A DNA stretch of 64,000 bases from Anthoceros angustus (Eukaryota; Plantae; Anthocerotophyta): contig VJWM01000220.1 of assembly GCA_010909165.1 (NCBI GenBank), forward strand, positions 124,001 through 188,000, read 5' to 3'. Made by a program: the position numbers and the translations under genes. Shown here piece by piece: positions 52,197-64,000 of the stretch (position 1 is its first letter; each line of letters starts with the position of its first letter). The notes beneath the pieces were generated by a model. It was not told the DNA's origin. It saw only the letters and a list, made by a program, of their open reading frames with translations, and ran no database searches.

Positions 52197-53111
52197 TCAC
52201 TGATCTTCTGGAGGGAAGATGTCGGTGAGCAAGGTCTCCGAAGTGGCCCCAATGGATGCCTGCAACAATTGCAAAGCCTGCAGAAGGGCAGACTGGCAGG
52301 ATTAGGAACATAGTGTCCATACAACAAGCTAGATACACCTAGGTCATGTGAAGGTTCTCGAAACCTCAACCACAATGCTATCGACAAGTATGGTAAACAT
52401 AAGATAGCCTTACAGTCGAATGAAACAGATACTGAATTCAAAGGCGCATTTGACTACCTGCTTCGAACTAACCCGGGCTTGGCAAGTCTCCAGGTCGCCC
52501 AGCGATTGCACGTTGAGCTGGGCCAACAAAAGGGTGATGTTTGCGGTGGAGGCTTGCGTGATACGCAAGGTATTTGTGATCATGTAGGTGCCGTTTCCCT
52601 CCACAAATCCTTGACCTTCATTCTCAAAACTGTGATAAATAGTGCATCTGTTACGTTTGAACGTCCTGCCATTGCATGCATTGCAAGTAGCCGGATCCAT
52701 GTAGCTCGCACTGAGCACCTTGCGGCAGTCGTGGTTGCAATGGTAGAAGGTCTTTGCTTGAATGCACTGGTCATTTTTCCAAGTGCCGTTGATAAAACGT
52801 CCAACAGCGCTGGGAAGATCCGCGCAGACAGGATGATCCAGTACCTGCCTGACAGCTCCGTTCCCAAGGAAGGATTTGCTCGGGAGGTTGAGCACACTGG
52901 CGAAGATGTTCGTCATGGCTGTGCCGGGCCCCCTCTTGTCTTCTCCCAGCTTCGGAACCAGGTTCAAGATTGTGCTTGTGGAAAGGGTGAGAAAGCTGAA
53001 AAGCAGGTCCACGAATTCCTTTCCGGCTTCCATGTACAAAACTGACCTGCTCGTTTTGTGTCTCGTCAGAGTGACTTCCCAGTACGTCTCACTGTCAGCA
53101 AACTGCGCCAT
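52197..53111 (-). CDS. DUF674 family protein, copy 1 (2 exons)
   Basis: VLYMEAGKEFVDLLFSFLTL, GFVEGNGTYMITNTL, exon 2 ALQLLQASIG...LLTDIF. Confidence 0.85.
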
Positions 53112-54248
53112 TTCCTCGTTCGGATCTCCCCGGGAGTGCTCAATTTCACGCCGCTGGCTTGCAAGTAATTGGAAGCGGTAATTGCGCAGGACTAGACCGC
53201 AGACCGGCTCAGCTCCTCAACATAGGAAGAAGAGACGCTGAAGGGAGAGGGAAGTTTGAAATCGTACGACGCAGCGTAAGCTTGTGCCTTGGCTTTACCG
53301 TTATGATTTAGTGGTTGAGGCCGTTAGCGGCAGGTGCGTTCACTACACTGATTCATGAGAGTGAAGTCTGTACAGGCAGGCAGAGTCTTTGAATATCCAG
53401 GAAAGCTCTTGTGCTAACTGTTACCATCAATACCCCTAACTAACACATCTCGTCCATTGGAATCTGAAACGTGCCTTCGTGTCTACGTCGTTGCAATGGT
53501 TTCTAACATTTACGCTACCTTCTAGCGTACAAGGCTTTTTCGTCACCGACTACCTAGTACGAGATGTACATTGCAGAGTCCAGCAGTCTGGCTGGAGTTG
53601 GTTTTCAAACAGGCCTCGTGATTCTGGAGAGCAACAGTGATCGATGGGTTCATGGAAGGCAACACTGACAAAGGGAGGAATAATCTTCCTAGGTTTCTGC
53701 GGGCTTGATCAGCACTTTTACACATGCACCCTGCAGGTAATTCCACGGCTGCGAATAATGTTTCAGGTTTTGCAGTTCGTACAAGTTTCGCACCATGCCT
53801 GCGGAAGTCTGATTGAAAACCAAGAGGTGCGATTAAGTTTGATTGAAAAGCCTGCCATTACAGGAACATAGTTTTACATTCCAGATGAGTACGATCGTCG
53901 GATGACCTCATTCATGAATGTCTTCCAGATTGTGACCCATACATACGTGTTAACAAGTTTCAGGCTTTCAAGAAAACCACAGTGCAGAAAGCAACTGGTG
54001 CAAAAGACTCTCGTTGGTTCAATTTTAGGCGACAATAGAAGCTCTGGCGCGAGGAGCACAGTTTCAAGCAGAGATTGGATCAATTGGCAATGCTTTCACG
54101 AAATTTGCAAGCTGAATATCCCAGCTGCTGAGCACTGGCTTCCTGCAGGCTGTGTATGACTGTTACACATCACATATGTGAAGGATTGAAAATGCTAGCT
54201 CACCTAGCCTCCAGCGAATTTAAGGCCTGGTTCTTAACTACGAAAGGC

Positions 54249-55150
54249 TCAAGGGAGAGCACTCTCTGGAGGAAAGATGTCGCTGAGCAGTGTATCAGAG
54301 GTGGCCCCAATGGATGCCTCCAGTAATTGCAAAGCCTGCAGAAGGGCACACACTGGCAGGATTAAGAACGTACAGTCGAGACAGCAGTTGAGTCACATAC
54401 ATGTAGACATGTAATTGGGCTTCTGGAAATACCCCGACCACAATGCTAGATATCAACAGGCATGTACACGTACGATACCCATGCAGTCGATTGAGGAAGA
54501 TACTGGAAGCTTACCTGCTTCCAACCAACCTGGACTTCGCATGCCTCTACGTCAGTCCAGGACAGCACGTTGAGCTGGACGAGCAAAAGCATGACATTTG
54601 CAGCGGAGGCTCGCTTGATACGCAAGTCATTTGTGATTATGTAGCCTAAGGTGCCTCCCGCCACAAATCCATCACCTGTATTTCCACAACTGTAGAAAAC
54701 AGTGCTTGTCCGAACATCGGACTGGCTAGGTTTGCGTACAGTGCAAGTGGCCTGATTCATGCCCAAACGGAATCCTCTGCAGTTGCACTCGAATCTGTTG
54801 TTCACTTGACTTGCAGCTCGCCGATTATAGATAAAACGCTCAACATCCTTGGGAAGCTCCGCGCAGACAGGTTGACCCAGTAACTGCATGGAAGATTCCT
54901 CCTTCACGAAGTCTTTCAACGCTAGCCTTTCCACACTGTCGAGGATGTTGGACATGGCTGTGGCGGGCCTCTTCCTTTCTTCTCCCAGCTCTGTAATAAG
55001 TTGCAAGACTCTGCTTGTCGGAAGAGTGAGGAAGCTGAAGAGCAGATCCACGAATTCCTTTCTGGCTTCCATGTACAAAACTGACTTGCTCCTTCTGTGT
55101 CTTATCAAAGCCACTTGCCAGCGCGCCCCACAGTCTACATCCAACGACAT
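54249..55150 (-). CDS. DUF674 family protein, copy 2 (2 exons)
   Basis: VLYMEARKEFVDLLFSFLTLP, GFVAGG, YIITNDL, exon 2 ALQLLEASIG...LLSDIF. Confidence 0.85.
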
Positions 55151-55959
55151 TTTCTCGTTCGGATCTCCCTGGGAGTGCTCACGATCACGCCGCTGGCTTG
55201 CAAGCAATTGCTAGTGGTAATTGCCCAGGAAGAGAATAGCAGACCGGCTCAGCTGTCAGGGATAAGAAGAAGAGACGGAGATGGGAGAGGGAAGTTTGAA
55301 CTCGTACGACACAGCGTAAGCTTCCGCGTTCACATTTACTGATATGATTTAGTGGTTTAGGCAGTTAGAAGCAGGTGTGTTCCGTTAAGGACAGCTGTAT
55401 TCATCGCAGGGAAGTCTGTACCCTGGTACAGGCAGTCAGACAAGGCATTATGGATGTCAAGGGATGGATCTTGTGGTAAATGTTTCAATGGTTTCTAGAA
55501 CATTTATGCTCACTTACAGCGTCCAAAGGCAATTTCATCACCAAATCATGCTAGGAACTGTAAACTGGATTGTGCGGCAGTCTGGCCGGAGTTGGTTTTC
55601 AAGCAGGCTTTTAATGCTGAACAGCAGCAAGGATCCATCTTTCATGGAAGGCAGGCTTGACGAAGTGAGTTCATCTTCCTAGGGCTCTGCTGTCTCGATG
55701 GATACAGCGACATACATATGTACAAATGCACCCTGCAGGCATCGACAAAAATTAGGGGTAAACAATTGTTTCAGGGTTTCTACTAGGTGAACTCACTCTC
55801 GAAAAGTGCCCGAATTACGCACAAACAAGAAAGACTCTCGACGGTTCCCTTTCCGCGAGATTGAAAGGTGTGTTGAGGAGCACAAATGGTTCAAGATGAA
55901 AGTTTCAGGGAGAGCTCAATCGGCTGGTGAACACTGGATTGAAAAGGCTAGCTCACCCA

Positions 55960-56125
55960 GCTAGCGCCTCCTCTTGTCTTCTCCCAGCTCTTCGATAAGC
56001 TTCAAGATTGTGATTGCCGGAAGAGTGAGGAAGCTGGAGAGCAGATGCACGAATCCCGTTCCGGCTTCCATGTACAATACTGACTAGTTGCTCGTTTCGT
56101 GTCTCGCCAGAGTGACTTGCCAGTG
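55960..56125 (-). pseudogene. Truncated third DUF674 copy
   Basis: Homologous to the 5' coding part of copies 1 and 2 (ccggcttccatgtacaa, gagtgaggaagctg), fused to duplicated downstream sequence. Confidence 0.78.
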
Positions 56126-57249
56126 CGTCACAGGAAGGCGTCAGGCTCGCTTCCAAGTGTGAGAAGGGATAGGACCTTTGATTTACCTGCATGCCATGCC
56201 GCTCTTCGCCCCCTCCTCCGCCCGTCCTCCGGGTTGATGGAGCTACTGTATTATGCCATGGGCATCGGGCATGGCATGGCGGTTCCTCAGGCCGTACTGA
56301 CGAACCAGGTGTCGCCGGGACCGTGTCCCTTCCTTCATACTTTTTTTTTATCGAGTGAGCTCGAAAGCGCGAGAGTCAATCTTTTGTAAAGCTAAAGGTA
56401 AAGGCTCGCAAGCATTGCAAGTCAGTCGTGCTGCGTGAACTCGAAGCATGTCTGGCAAAGGATTTCCGCTGCTTGGCCTCGCCGTTGCTCTTGGTTGTGT
56501 GTGTTGTAGTTTTGTCTCGGGAGCTGATCCTGAAATATCGGGCTATGGGTACGAGGTGGGAGGAACGCAACTCTGGGACATCAATGTTTCTCCAGTTCCC
56601 AAAACCTCTCCAGAATTGGGCTAACCAGTACAAGTTTTCGGGAGACCAACTCCGTAAGCGTTTCGTTTCCTCAACATTCATGATATACCAGTTGGCTGCG
56701 TTTGGCATCGTCTTCTAATATTGCTCCAGACTCACCCACGGTACCATACTGATTGAATTCCAAGGGTTTGCAAGTGCTTTGCAGTTCCACAACTCTGTTC
56801 CTGCATCTGGTGAGTTATCTGGAGTGGAGTGGAAGGTTTTAACATCCATATGGTGTATACCTTTCACGTGTTTTTCCCTTCTTATTTTGAAAGACGAAAG
56901 TTTATGTCTGTTGCTACCATGAAAGGAACGATGAAGCATGTTGAGTAGTGCTGTGGTACAGGTGCAGGTATTGCCCTTGCTTCAATGGTCATCGTGAATG
57001 CTCTCTGAACTTTGCCGAAGCATAGCACTGACCGGTCCTGAACCTGAAGTCAGTGGTGCTTAAAGTAGAGAAATGTAGTGTGGGAAGTCCTTCATTTTCC
57101 GGATCCTCTCTCCGGATACATGTCCTGTGAGGTCAAGAGCAAATCTGCAACCTGCCATACCTGGACGCAAATTTTGGCACCAAGCGCGCCTCCCAAATGT
57201 CCCCACTTTTGGGATGAGACTGTAGGTAATATCTACCTAATAATGTTTA

Positions 57250-57450
57250 GTTTGCGTTTGTACTAAAGCCGAAGCATACACTTGTGTCCCTTGGCTCAAC
57301 TGTGTGTCCATCATGAAGGACAGCCATGGTGTTGGCCTGCCGGATTACGGACAGCCTGTGAGCCATCATCGCCGTCGTTTTGCCCACCATGACCTTACGG
57401 AAGGCCTCGGATTTGGCGTCCTGAGTGCCGGTGTCCTCGTCTTCCACGAG
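57250..57450 (-). pseudogene. Degenerate duplicate of the ABCB last exon
   Basis: DAKSEA...KVMVGKTT...AHRLSVIRQANTMAVL; shared tttgtactaaagc. Confidence 0.85.
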
Positions 57451-57498
57451 GTAAGAGCTCCGCGACCTATTAGGGCGGAGTAGAAAATTGTTCGAAGA

Positions 57499-60400
57499 TC
57501 AATCGTGCTTGGTTTGCATTTGTACTAAAGCGAAGTACGCTCCGGTGTCGCCCTTGGCAATGAGCTCCTGGTGCGTGCCTTGCTCAAGAATGCGGCCCTC
57601 CTCAAGGACAGCGATGGTGTTGGCCTGCCGGATTGTGGACAGCCTGTGAGCCACCACCACCGTCGTTCTGCCCACCATGATTTTATCCAAGGCATTCTGC
57701 ACCACGGCCTCGGATTCCGCGTCCAGAGCGCTGGTGGCCTCGTCCAGTAGCAGGATGGCCGGGTTCTTCAGCACCGCCCTGGCTATGGCTATCCGCTGCT
57801 TCTGGCCTCCCGACAGCTGCAGCCCTCTGGCGCCTGCGAAGGTGTCATATCCGTCCGGCAGGAGCTGCAATTCACCAGTTCATCGCACATTGACCAACGT
57901 GGACTCAAATTAGGGTTAGGGTTTTGGGCCAGGACGCAGCAAGGACGGCTCCCGGGCTTACCTGATGAAGGAGTGTGCGTTGGCAGCTTTGGCGGCTTCG
58001 ATGATCTCGGCTTCTGTGCAGGTTGGCTTGCTGTAGGCAATGTTGTCGCGGATGGAGGCGGCAAAGAGGGTGGGCTCCTGTCCTACGAGTCCTATGTGCG
58101 CACGGAGGGCTCGGAGGTTGTAGAGCGTGATGTCTTTGCCGTCGATCAGGATCGTGCCAGCCAGGGGTCGTAGTACCTCTCGATGAGGCTTACGATGGTG
58201 GATTTCCCTGACCCGCTCTGCCCCACCATGGCCACTGTGCGGCCTGCTTCGATCTGCAGGTTGAAGCTCTTGAAGACCAGGACGTGGGGCCTTTCCGGGT
58301 AAGCGAAGGTGACGCTCTGGAACTCCACATCGCCCTGGATCTTGCCGGGCTTGTGGCCCTGTGGGTCATCGGGCTCAATTTCTGTCTTCCTGTCCAGGAT
58401 TTGGAACACGGAGCTGACAGCCTGGGAGCTTCGAGCAAGGTCAGGGGTGAGGATGACTATCGCGTCGGCCAGAATGCGTCCTGTGGCCACCACCACGAAG
58501 AAGGCTTTGATGAACGTCCCGAAGGATGCCTTGTGTTGCCTCACCGTCTGGGCCCCGAACCACAGCATGAATGCCCAGGATGAGTACATGCCGAAGAATG
58601 CTGCTCCAACAACGATGCCTGCCATGTGGGACCGGATCTGCGTCCTTTTGTGAGGTTCGTGGAGCTTGGAGTGGAATAGGCCCATTACTTTTTCTTGGGA
58701 AGAGAAGGCTGTGATGGTGCGGAACTGGGACACAGCCTCGCCGGCTACCTGCAAGGCAGGAATGAGGAACATGCGGGCACCAGCATTCCAAGCAGGAACG
58801 AGCTTGCGTGCAGATGAGAATTTACCTTACTTGCTTCCAGCTGGCTGTCGGCAGAGATTTTGGCAAACCTGGCCAGGAACATGCGTTTGGCGGCATAGCT
58901 GAGGATGTTCAGGGGCTGCAAGGCAATTAGCACCACCGCAAGCCTCCATGACAAGACGAATGTGATGCTGTAAGCAACTGTGATGGTGCTGAGTGTGGAC
59001 ATGGCTAGGGCCATTCTGTCTCCAATCCAAGACCGCACCTGCATGGGTTCGACGATGTCCAAGATGAGATGACGTCAATAGGGTGTCAATGGGCAGGAGG
59101 GGGAGGGGCTGAGGCAACCCAAGGCTTGAAAACTTTACCATGGCTGCATCTGAGCTGAGTCTGCTGCAGACAGCCCCACTCGAGTTCTCATCTCTGTCGA
59201 ACCACCCGACCTCGAAGGTAAGTATTCGATGCAGCATGCCCCTACGTACTCTGGTTGTGAGTGCTTCTCCCATCACAGCGAATAAGTAATGCTGTGTGAG
59301 GTTGCTCACAACAGCCACGATCATGAGGCCTACGAAAACTCCAGCCACCACGTGCACTTCATGCCGTGTCTTGGAGGCTTTCGAGTTGTAAAATGACTCC
59401 AGCAGCTGCCCAAGGAGATAGGCGAAGGTTGGGTGAAGAAATCCGTAAGCAATGGCCCCGGCACTTGCTAGCAGACCCTGTTTCCACTCGGGTGCATTCA
59501 TGGCCAGGAGCCTCCAAATGGACACAGCCTTCTGCTCTCCATCATGCTTTCTCTCCACCGGATGCCCCGGTTCCACCATGGACTCGATGTCTTCTCCTCT
59601 CTCCTGTAGAGCCTCACTCACAGCTCTCCTGAGCGACCCTGTCAAGGACAGCATCTTGAACGACCTGGAGAGGCTGGAGCCTCGGCTCACATTCTTCGAG
59701 GCAGGTCCAGATACGGTTATCAACGAGCTGTTCGAGTCTTGTCTCACGTGACGGCGATCACCCTCTATTGCTGGCTCTAGCTGTTGCAGTGCGATCAAAG
59801 ATTTATACACTCCTCCTAGGGATATCAGCTCCTGGTGGGTTCCCATCTCCACCACCACCCCGGACTGCATCACAGCTATATTGTCAGCACTCCTGACTGT
59901 GGAGAGACGGTGAGCCACAGTCAATGTAGTCCTTCCTTTACTCGCCACCACCAGAGTTTCTTGCACCGCTCTCTCCGACTCTGCATCCAGCGCACTGGTT
60001 GCCTCATCCAAGAGCAGGATGGGCGGGTTTTTCAGCAGCGCCCTGGCAATTGCAATTCTCTGTTTCTGACCTCCTGACATTTGAACCCCACGTTCCCCAA
60101 CCTGGAGCCCAAAACCCACATCGACAAAATATCAAGCTCCGTGTTGTGTGATGTGAACTTGGAGAAAGATCGGGTTCAAGAAGCTTGCTTGGAAAATTAC
60201 CTGAGTCTCGTATCCTTGAGGGCACTGGGAGATGAAAGCATGCGCATTAGCAGACTTGGCGGCCTGCACCACCTCCTCCATGCTGGCACCCTCCTTCCCG
60301 TACAGGATATTTTCCTTGATGGTGGTGGCGAACAGGGCTGGCTCCTGGCTCACCAGCCCGATCTGCCTTCTCAGAGATTTGAGCTGCAGTCTCCTCACGT

Positions 60401-62122
60401 CCACTCCGTCGATCAGGACCTCCCCTGCCTGGGGGTCGTAGAATCTCTCCAGCAGCGCAATCGCAGTGGATTTTCCAGACCCGCTGCTGCCCACCAGAGC
60501 CACATTCATCCCCGCCGCTACCCGCAGGCTGAAGCCCTGCAGAACCGGCACATCCGGGCGGGACGGGTAGCAGAAGCTCACGTCCCTGAACTCTATCCGC
60601 CCTTGAATGTCCTCCAAAATGTCCCCGCTGAGATCATTGGACTCGATGAGCGGCTGCCGATTTATCACTTGGAAGATGCGCTGCCCTGCGTGAGCTCCTT
60701 CTCCGAAGGCTCGGATGCTGGGAGTGGCCTGCCCCAGAGATCTGCCACACACAACACATACATCCATCAACTCGTGAGCTCACCGGTCGTGACCATGACA
60801 GCACCCAGACGAGTTGCAACCCACATGGCAGAGTTGATGATCAAAAAGCCGGTGAGGACGACGTCGGCACCGTTGGCCTGATGCCTCGACACCAGCCTCT
60901 GCCCCACTAGGCTCATCACGGCCCAGACCAGGTACGAGAATCCCGACGAGGCGAGAGCGAAGCCTTTGGCCAGCCCCTGCTTCGATCCCAGCTGCATTGT
61001 CCCGGCGAGGGCGGCAACGAAGGATTCCACAGTCCGTTCCTCCGCGGCGAAGGAATACACAGTCCTGATGGAGGATACCGACTCCTCTGCTATCACGTTC
61101 GCCTTGTCATACTCCTTCCGGATCTTGGCGGTCATGTCTGTCAAGGCCGCTTTGTACATGAATCCTGGTACCAGCACCACTGGCGTTAAGGTGAGCGCTA
61201 CCAGAGCCAGCTCCCAGCAGATGTAGAAACCCACCACGTAGGCAATCAGAAGCTGCACCGAATTGGCTAGCATGTTTCCCACCTGCAACTCACAAACACC
61301 ATGCATTGTTCTCAGCCTCATCCTCGAGCCCACGACACAGGATTGTGCACCATTTTCGAGATGACATTGTGTGAACTTATCATGGAGGTGAACTTTGGAA
61401 GCATACCTTCTCACTCATGGCGTCCTGGATGGCTTCGCTGTCCTTTGCCACACTGGTAACCACTTCCGAAGTGGTGGTTCCCTTGCCATCGAAGAAGCCC
61501 ACCTCCTGCCTCAAGATGGCTCCCAGATACTTGGCCCTGATGAGTGACGACTGCCTCTCCCCTACTCTTATCCAGCAGCTCACTTCTGCAACAGCTCATC
61601 ACAACAACGCAAGCTTGCCAATCATTGATCCTATCACCAACATGAAGGCAGGCACACAGGTCTCCCGAATCTAGGATAATCGTCCCACTTACCCAGATAG
61701 CCAAAAAACGCTGCAGCAATCGCGACAAACACCATGTACAAACAGTACTGCGCACACATGCAAGTGACAGGCCTTCGGGTTAGGTCCGACTCTGCAGACT
61801 GTAAGTCCAAGCTTGAAAGCAAGAGATTGTTGTATCCAGGGAAACCTGGGGGCAATAACAGGCGTACTTTGCCCACTTGTCGTGCTAGTTCAGACGGGTC
61901 GTTCTGGAGGTTTCCGAACTTGTTGATCAGGACCCTCAACACCAAGACAATGAGGGGCACCACTGCCCCTTCTCCAACCGCTCCAACGATGCCCAACAGG
62001 ATCACCACCTTGTCGTGCATGTCAGCATACTGGAACAGATGAAGGTATCTCGCTCTGCCCGCAGGCTTACCAGATTCACCACCTTCACCCACATCTCCCT
62101 CTCCGCATCCCGAGGACACCAT
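57499..62122 (-). CDS. ABCB: Full-size ABCB (P-glycoprotein/MDR) transporter, ABCB15-like; 1-nt frameshift at about 58165; start could also be 62182
   Basis: Two TMD-NBD halves; GSSGSGKST and GQSGSGKST; [14 protein letters not shown] and [14 protein letters not shown]; [10 protein letters not shown] twice. Confidence 0.93.
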
Positions 62123-63359
62123 CTCCACTACTCTAGCAAGCCTACTCTTGCTTACGGGTGCTGTGTGCGAGCCTTCAAACATGATGTGACAACCACCAAA
62201 GCTAGAAGGAAGTCCGGACTGGGCGGTGCCGTGTGCGGAAGTTGTGCAAGCAGTAGAGGGAAGGGAAGTACGGGAGAAGGAGCTCCTGGCCTAAGAGGTT
62301 GTACTAGGCCCAAATGTGACGACTGATTCGTGATCAGCCATAGTAGTGGCATTTGAATATCATTGCTCGACAGAGATCCTTACCCAGGGCTGACAGGACG
62401 CCGCAATTGGGTAAGGCACGGAGCGACAGCAGGCTATCAGGATCCACTACATACGTCCTGCCATAGAATGCGGCTGCTCATTGGACAGGATTACGAAGCG
62501 TCGGCACGCATTCCGCATCCGCCTTGCGGGCCAGTGCTGGGCTCGGGTTCGCCAGTATCAACCTGGACCAGTCGGCGCACATCCATTCGCTGACAGGAAG
62601 CGTGTTGCGCCAGAATCACATCTCCCTCGAGAGCTGCACATGGAGGACATCAGCCTGGACCTGCAGACTGTGTCCAGGGCGGAGTGTTCTCCATGATTGA
62701 TCATGCCGGAGTGTAAAGAGAGGCACTGACAATGGGGCTCATCTTCCAGATGTCGGCCGACATGAAGCTTCCGTATCACATGTACTCCGGGGAAGAGATG
62801 CTTGGCAGAAAATGGGTTTGAGTCACGATTTCCACGACCCCGTGCGGAAAGGGCTCCCCGATCTCGCGTCTTGGACAGTTACAAGGTTGCAAATCCCTGC
62901 AGACGTCCGGCGTGGACGGGGTGAGCAAGCTCTACAGTCGTCTTTGGTCCTAGTCATTGCCTGTTCGCCCTCCACAAACCCAGCAAAGAAGCAGTGCTTT
63001 TGGGGGGTGTGGGTTGGACGCAGTCTGTGTGAGGAAGAGATAGGCTACAGGCATCTGATTGCTTCCCTCTAGGTCAACAACCGTGGCGCTCCATGTAGGT
63101 AAATGGAGGAGAGAAGGCTGCGTGTAAGAAACATTTGCATGCAAAAACGTGAACGGCATGAGACGTAGTGGTCTTGGACTCATACTTTCACCTACTGCTC
63201 AGCTTCGTTGGTGACACCCACGAGAGGTACCTGCGGGTGGAAAGAGGACTTGTCAGGATAGTACTAGAGTTCCCAGAGAATCTCAGAGAGGGGGATTGAT
63301 GACTGGGTGCTTCTACATACTCTCTCCTCCAGGATCAGTGGTTGGGTACCTGGACCCCA

Positions 63360-64000
63360 TCATGCTGTGGTGGTGCGCCACCGGGCTCCTGAGTTCACCA
63401 TTTTCAAGTATGCCGAAGAGAAGTCCTTGAAGAATAGTGTCTGATCCTCTGCGTAGGCCTTTATCCATCTGCATTGAGTGGAAAATGTTATGTCTTGTAA
63501 CAGTGGAAGGGCACCTCACAGGACTTCTGAGTGGACTACTCTTACTGTTGGCATTCCTCATCCTCACTGATTGCTCGATCTGAAGGGATGCCCATCATGC
63601 CCCCCCCACCTGCGTGGTTGTGATTCAGAGTCAGGGGCAACGTGAAGCTTGCAACCTGCGGTGAAAAGGGATGACGATCAAGTGCACTGGACAAGGTCAC
63701 GTACCGGAAGCCCAGGGCTTCTGTGCCAGTATCTTGAAGTAAGTATTGTCGAAAACCGTAGGCTGTCCAAAACCCTTTCCACCGATTGTGTGTGCTCCGG
63801 AGAGTACGACCAGTTCTTGCACCCTGCAAGTTTGCTCAACGATATTCCTCACCTCCCCGTGCAAAAGTACTTCTGCCTTCCAACTTCAAGCAGGACAAAA
63901 AACTGCCTCTTGCCATCTGGAAAGTTAGCTGGAATCTCATATGGCGTGGTCCTGTGTACTTACGAGAACCCCTTCTTCTTGAAGACCTCCTTTAGCTGAG
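63360..64000 (-). CDS. APX6: Ascorbate peroxidase-related protein (APX6/APx-R), last exons; gene continues beyond the window
   Basis: Spliced QLKEVFKKKGFS|VQELVVLSGAHTIGGKGFGQPTVFDNTYFKIL..KPW|GMMGIPSDRAISEDEECQ|WIKAYAEDQTLFFKDFSSAYLKMVNSGARW; not captured as one ORF in the track. Confidence 0.92.

Noticed and set aside
56428-56718. 96-aa ORF between DUF674 and ABCB
   Set aside because: No recognisable homology; cannot be supported.
58155-58170. ABCB frameshift as evidence of a pseudogene
   Set aside because: A single missing base in a C homopolymer (GAC CCC [C]TG GCT GGC) in an otherwise intact gene; most likely a long-read error.
60081-60881. 266-aa plus-strand ORF
   Set aside because: Antisense shadow of ABCB exons.

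Overview
Gene-dense eukaryotic DNA from a land plant. The short (~80-120 nt) introns, GC-rich exons and tight spacing suggest a compact bryophyte- or lycophyte-type genome such as a hornwort (inference). Host genes in order: anthranilate phosphoribosyltransferase-like, type I inositol polyphosphate 5-phosphatase, SOUL heme-binding protein, a small probable plastid protein, DUF538, RID3/WDR18-like WD40, Cu/Zn-SOD head-to-head with thioredoxin-like 4, ABCI17/STAR1 (frameshifted), DEG2/DEG9-type protease, a 2OG-Fe(II) dioxygenase with an internal deletion, tandem DUF674 genes, a full-size ABCB transporter, and the 3' part of APX6/APx-R. A TE island (about 25-44 kb) holds the most unusual object: a Ty1/Copia element bounded by LTRs and a 5-bp TSD (AAATC) whose internal domains are circularly permuted (IN C-half, RT, RH, then gag, PR, IN N-half). 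The island also holds a 1.5-kb long-TIR element flanked by TTAA (piggyBac-like signature), LINE ORF1-like relics and decayed duplicates of the neighbouring genes. Several indels look like long-read assembly errors. All homology calls come from motif recognition by eye, not from database searches.
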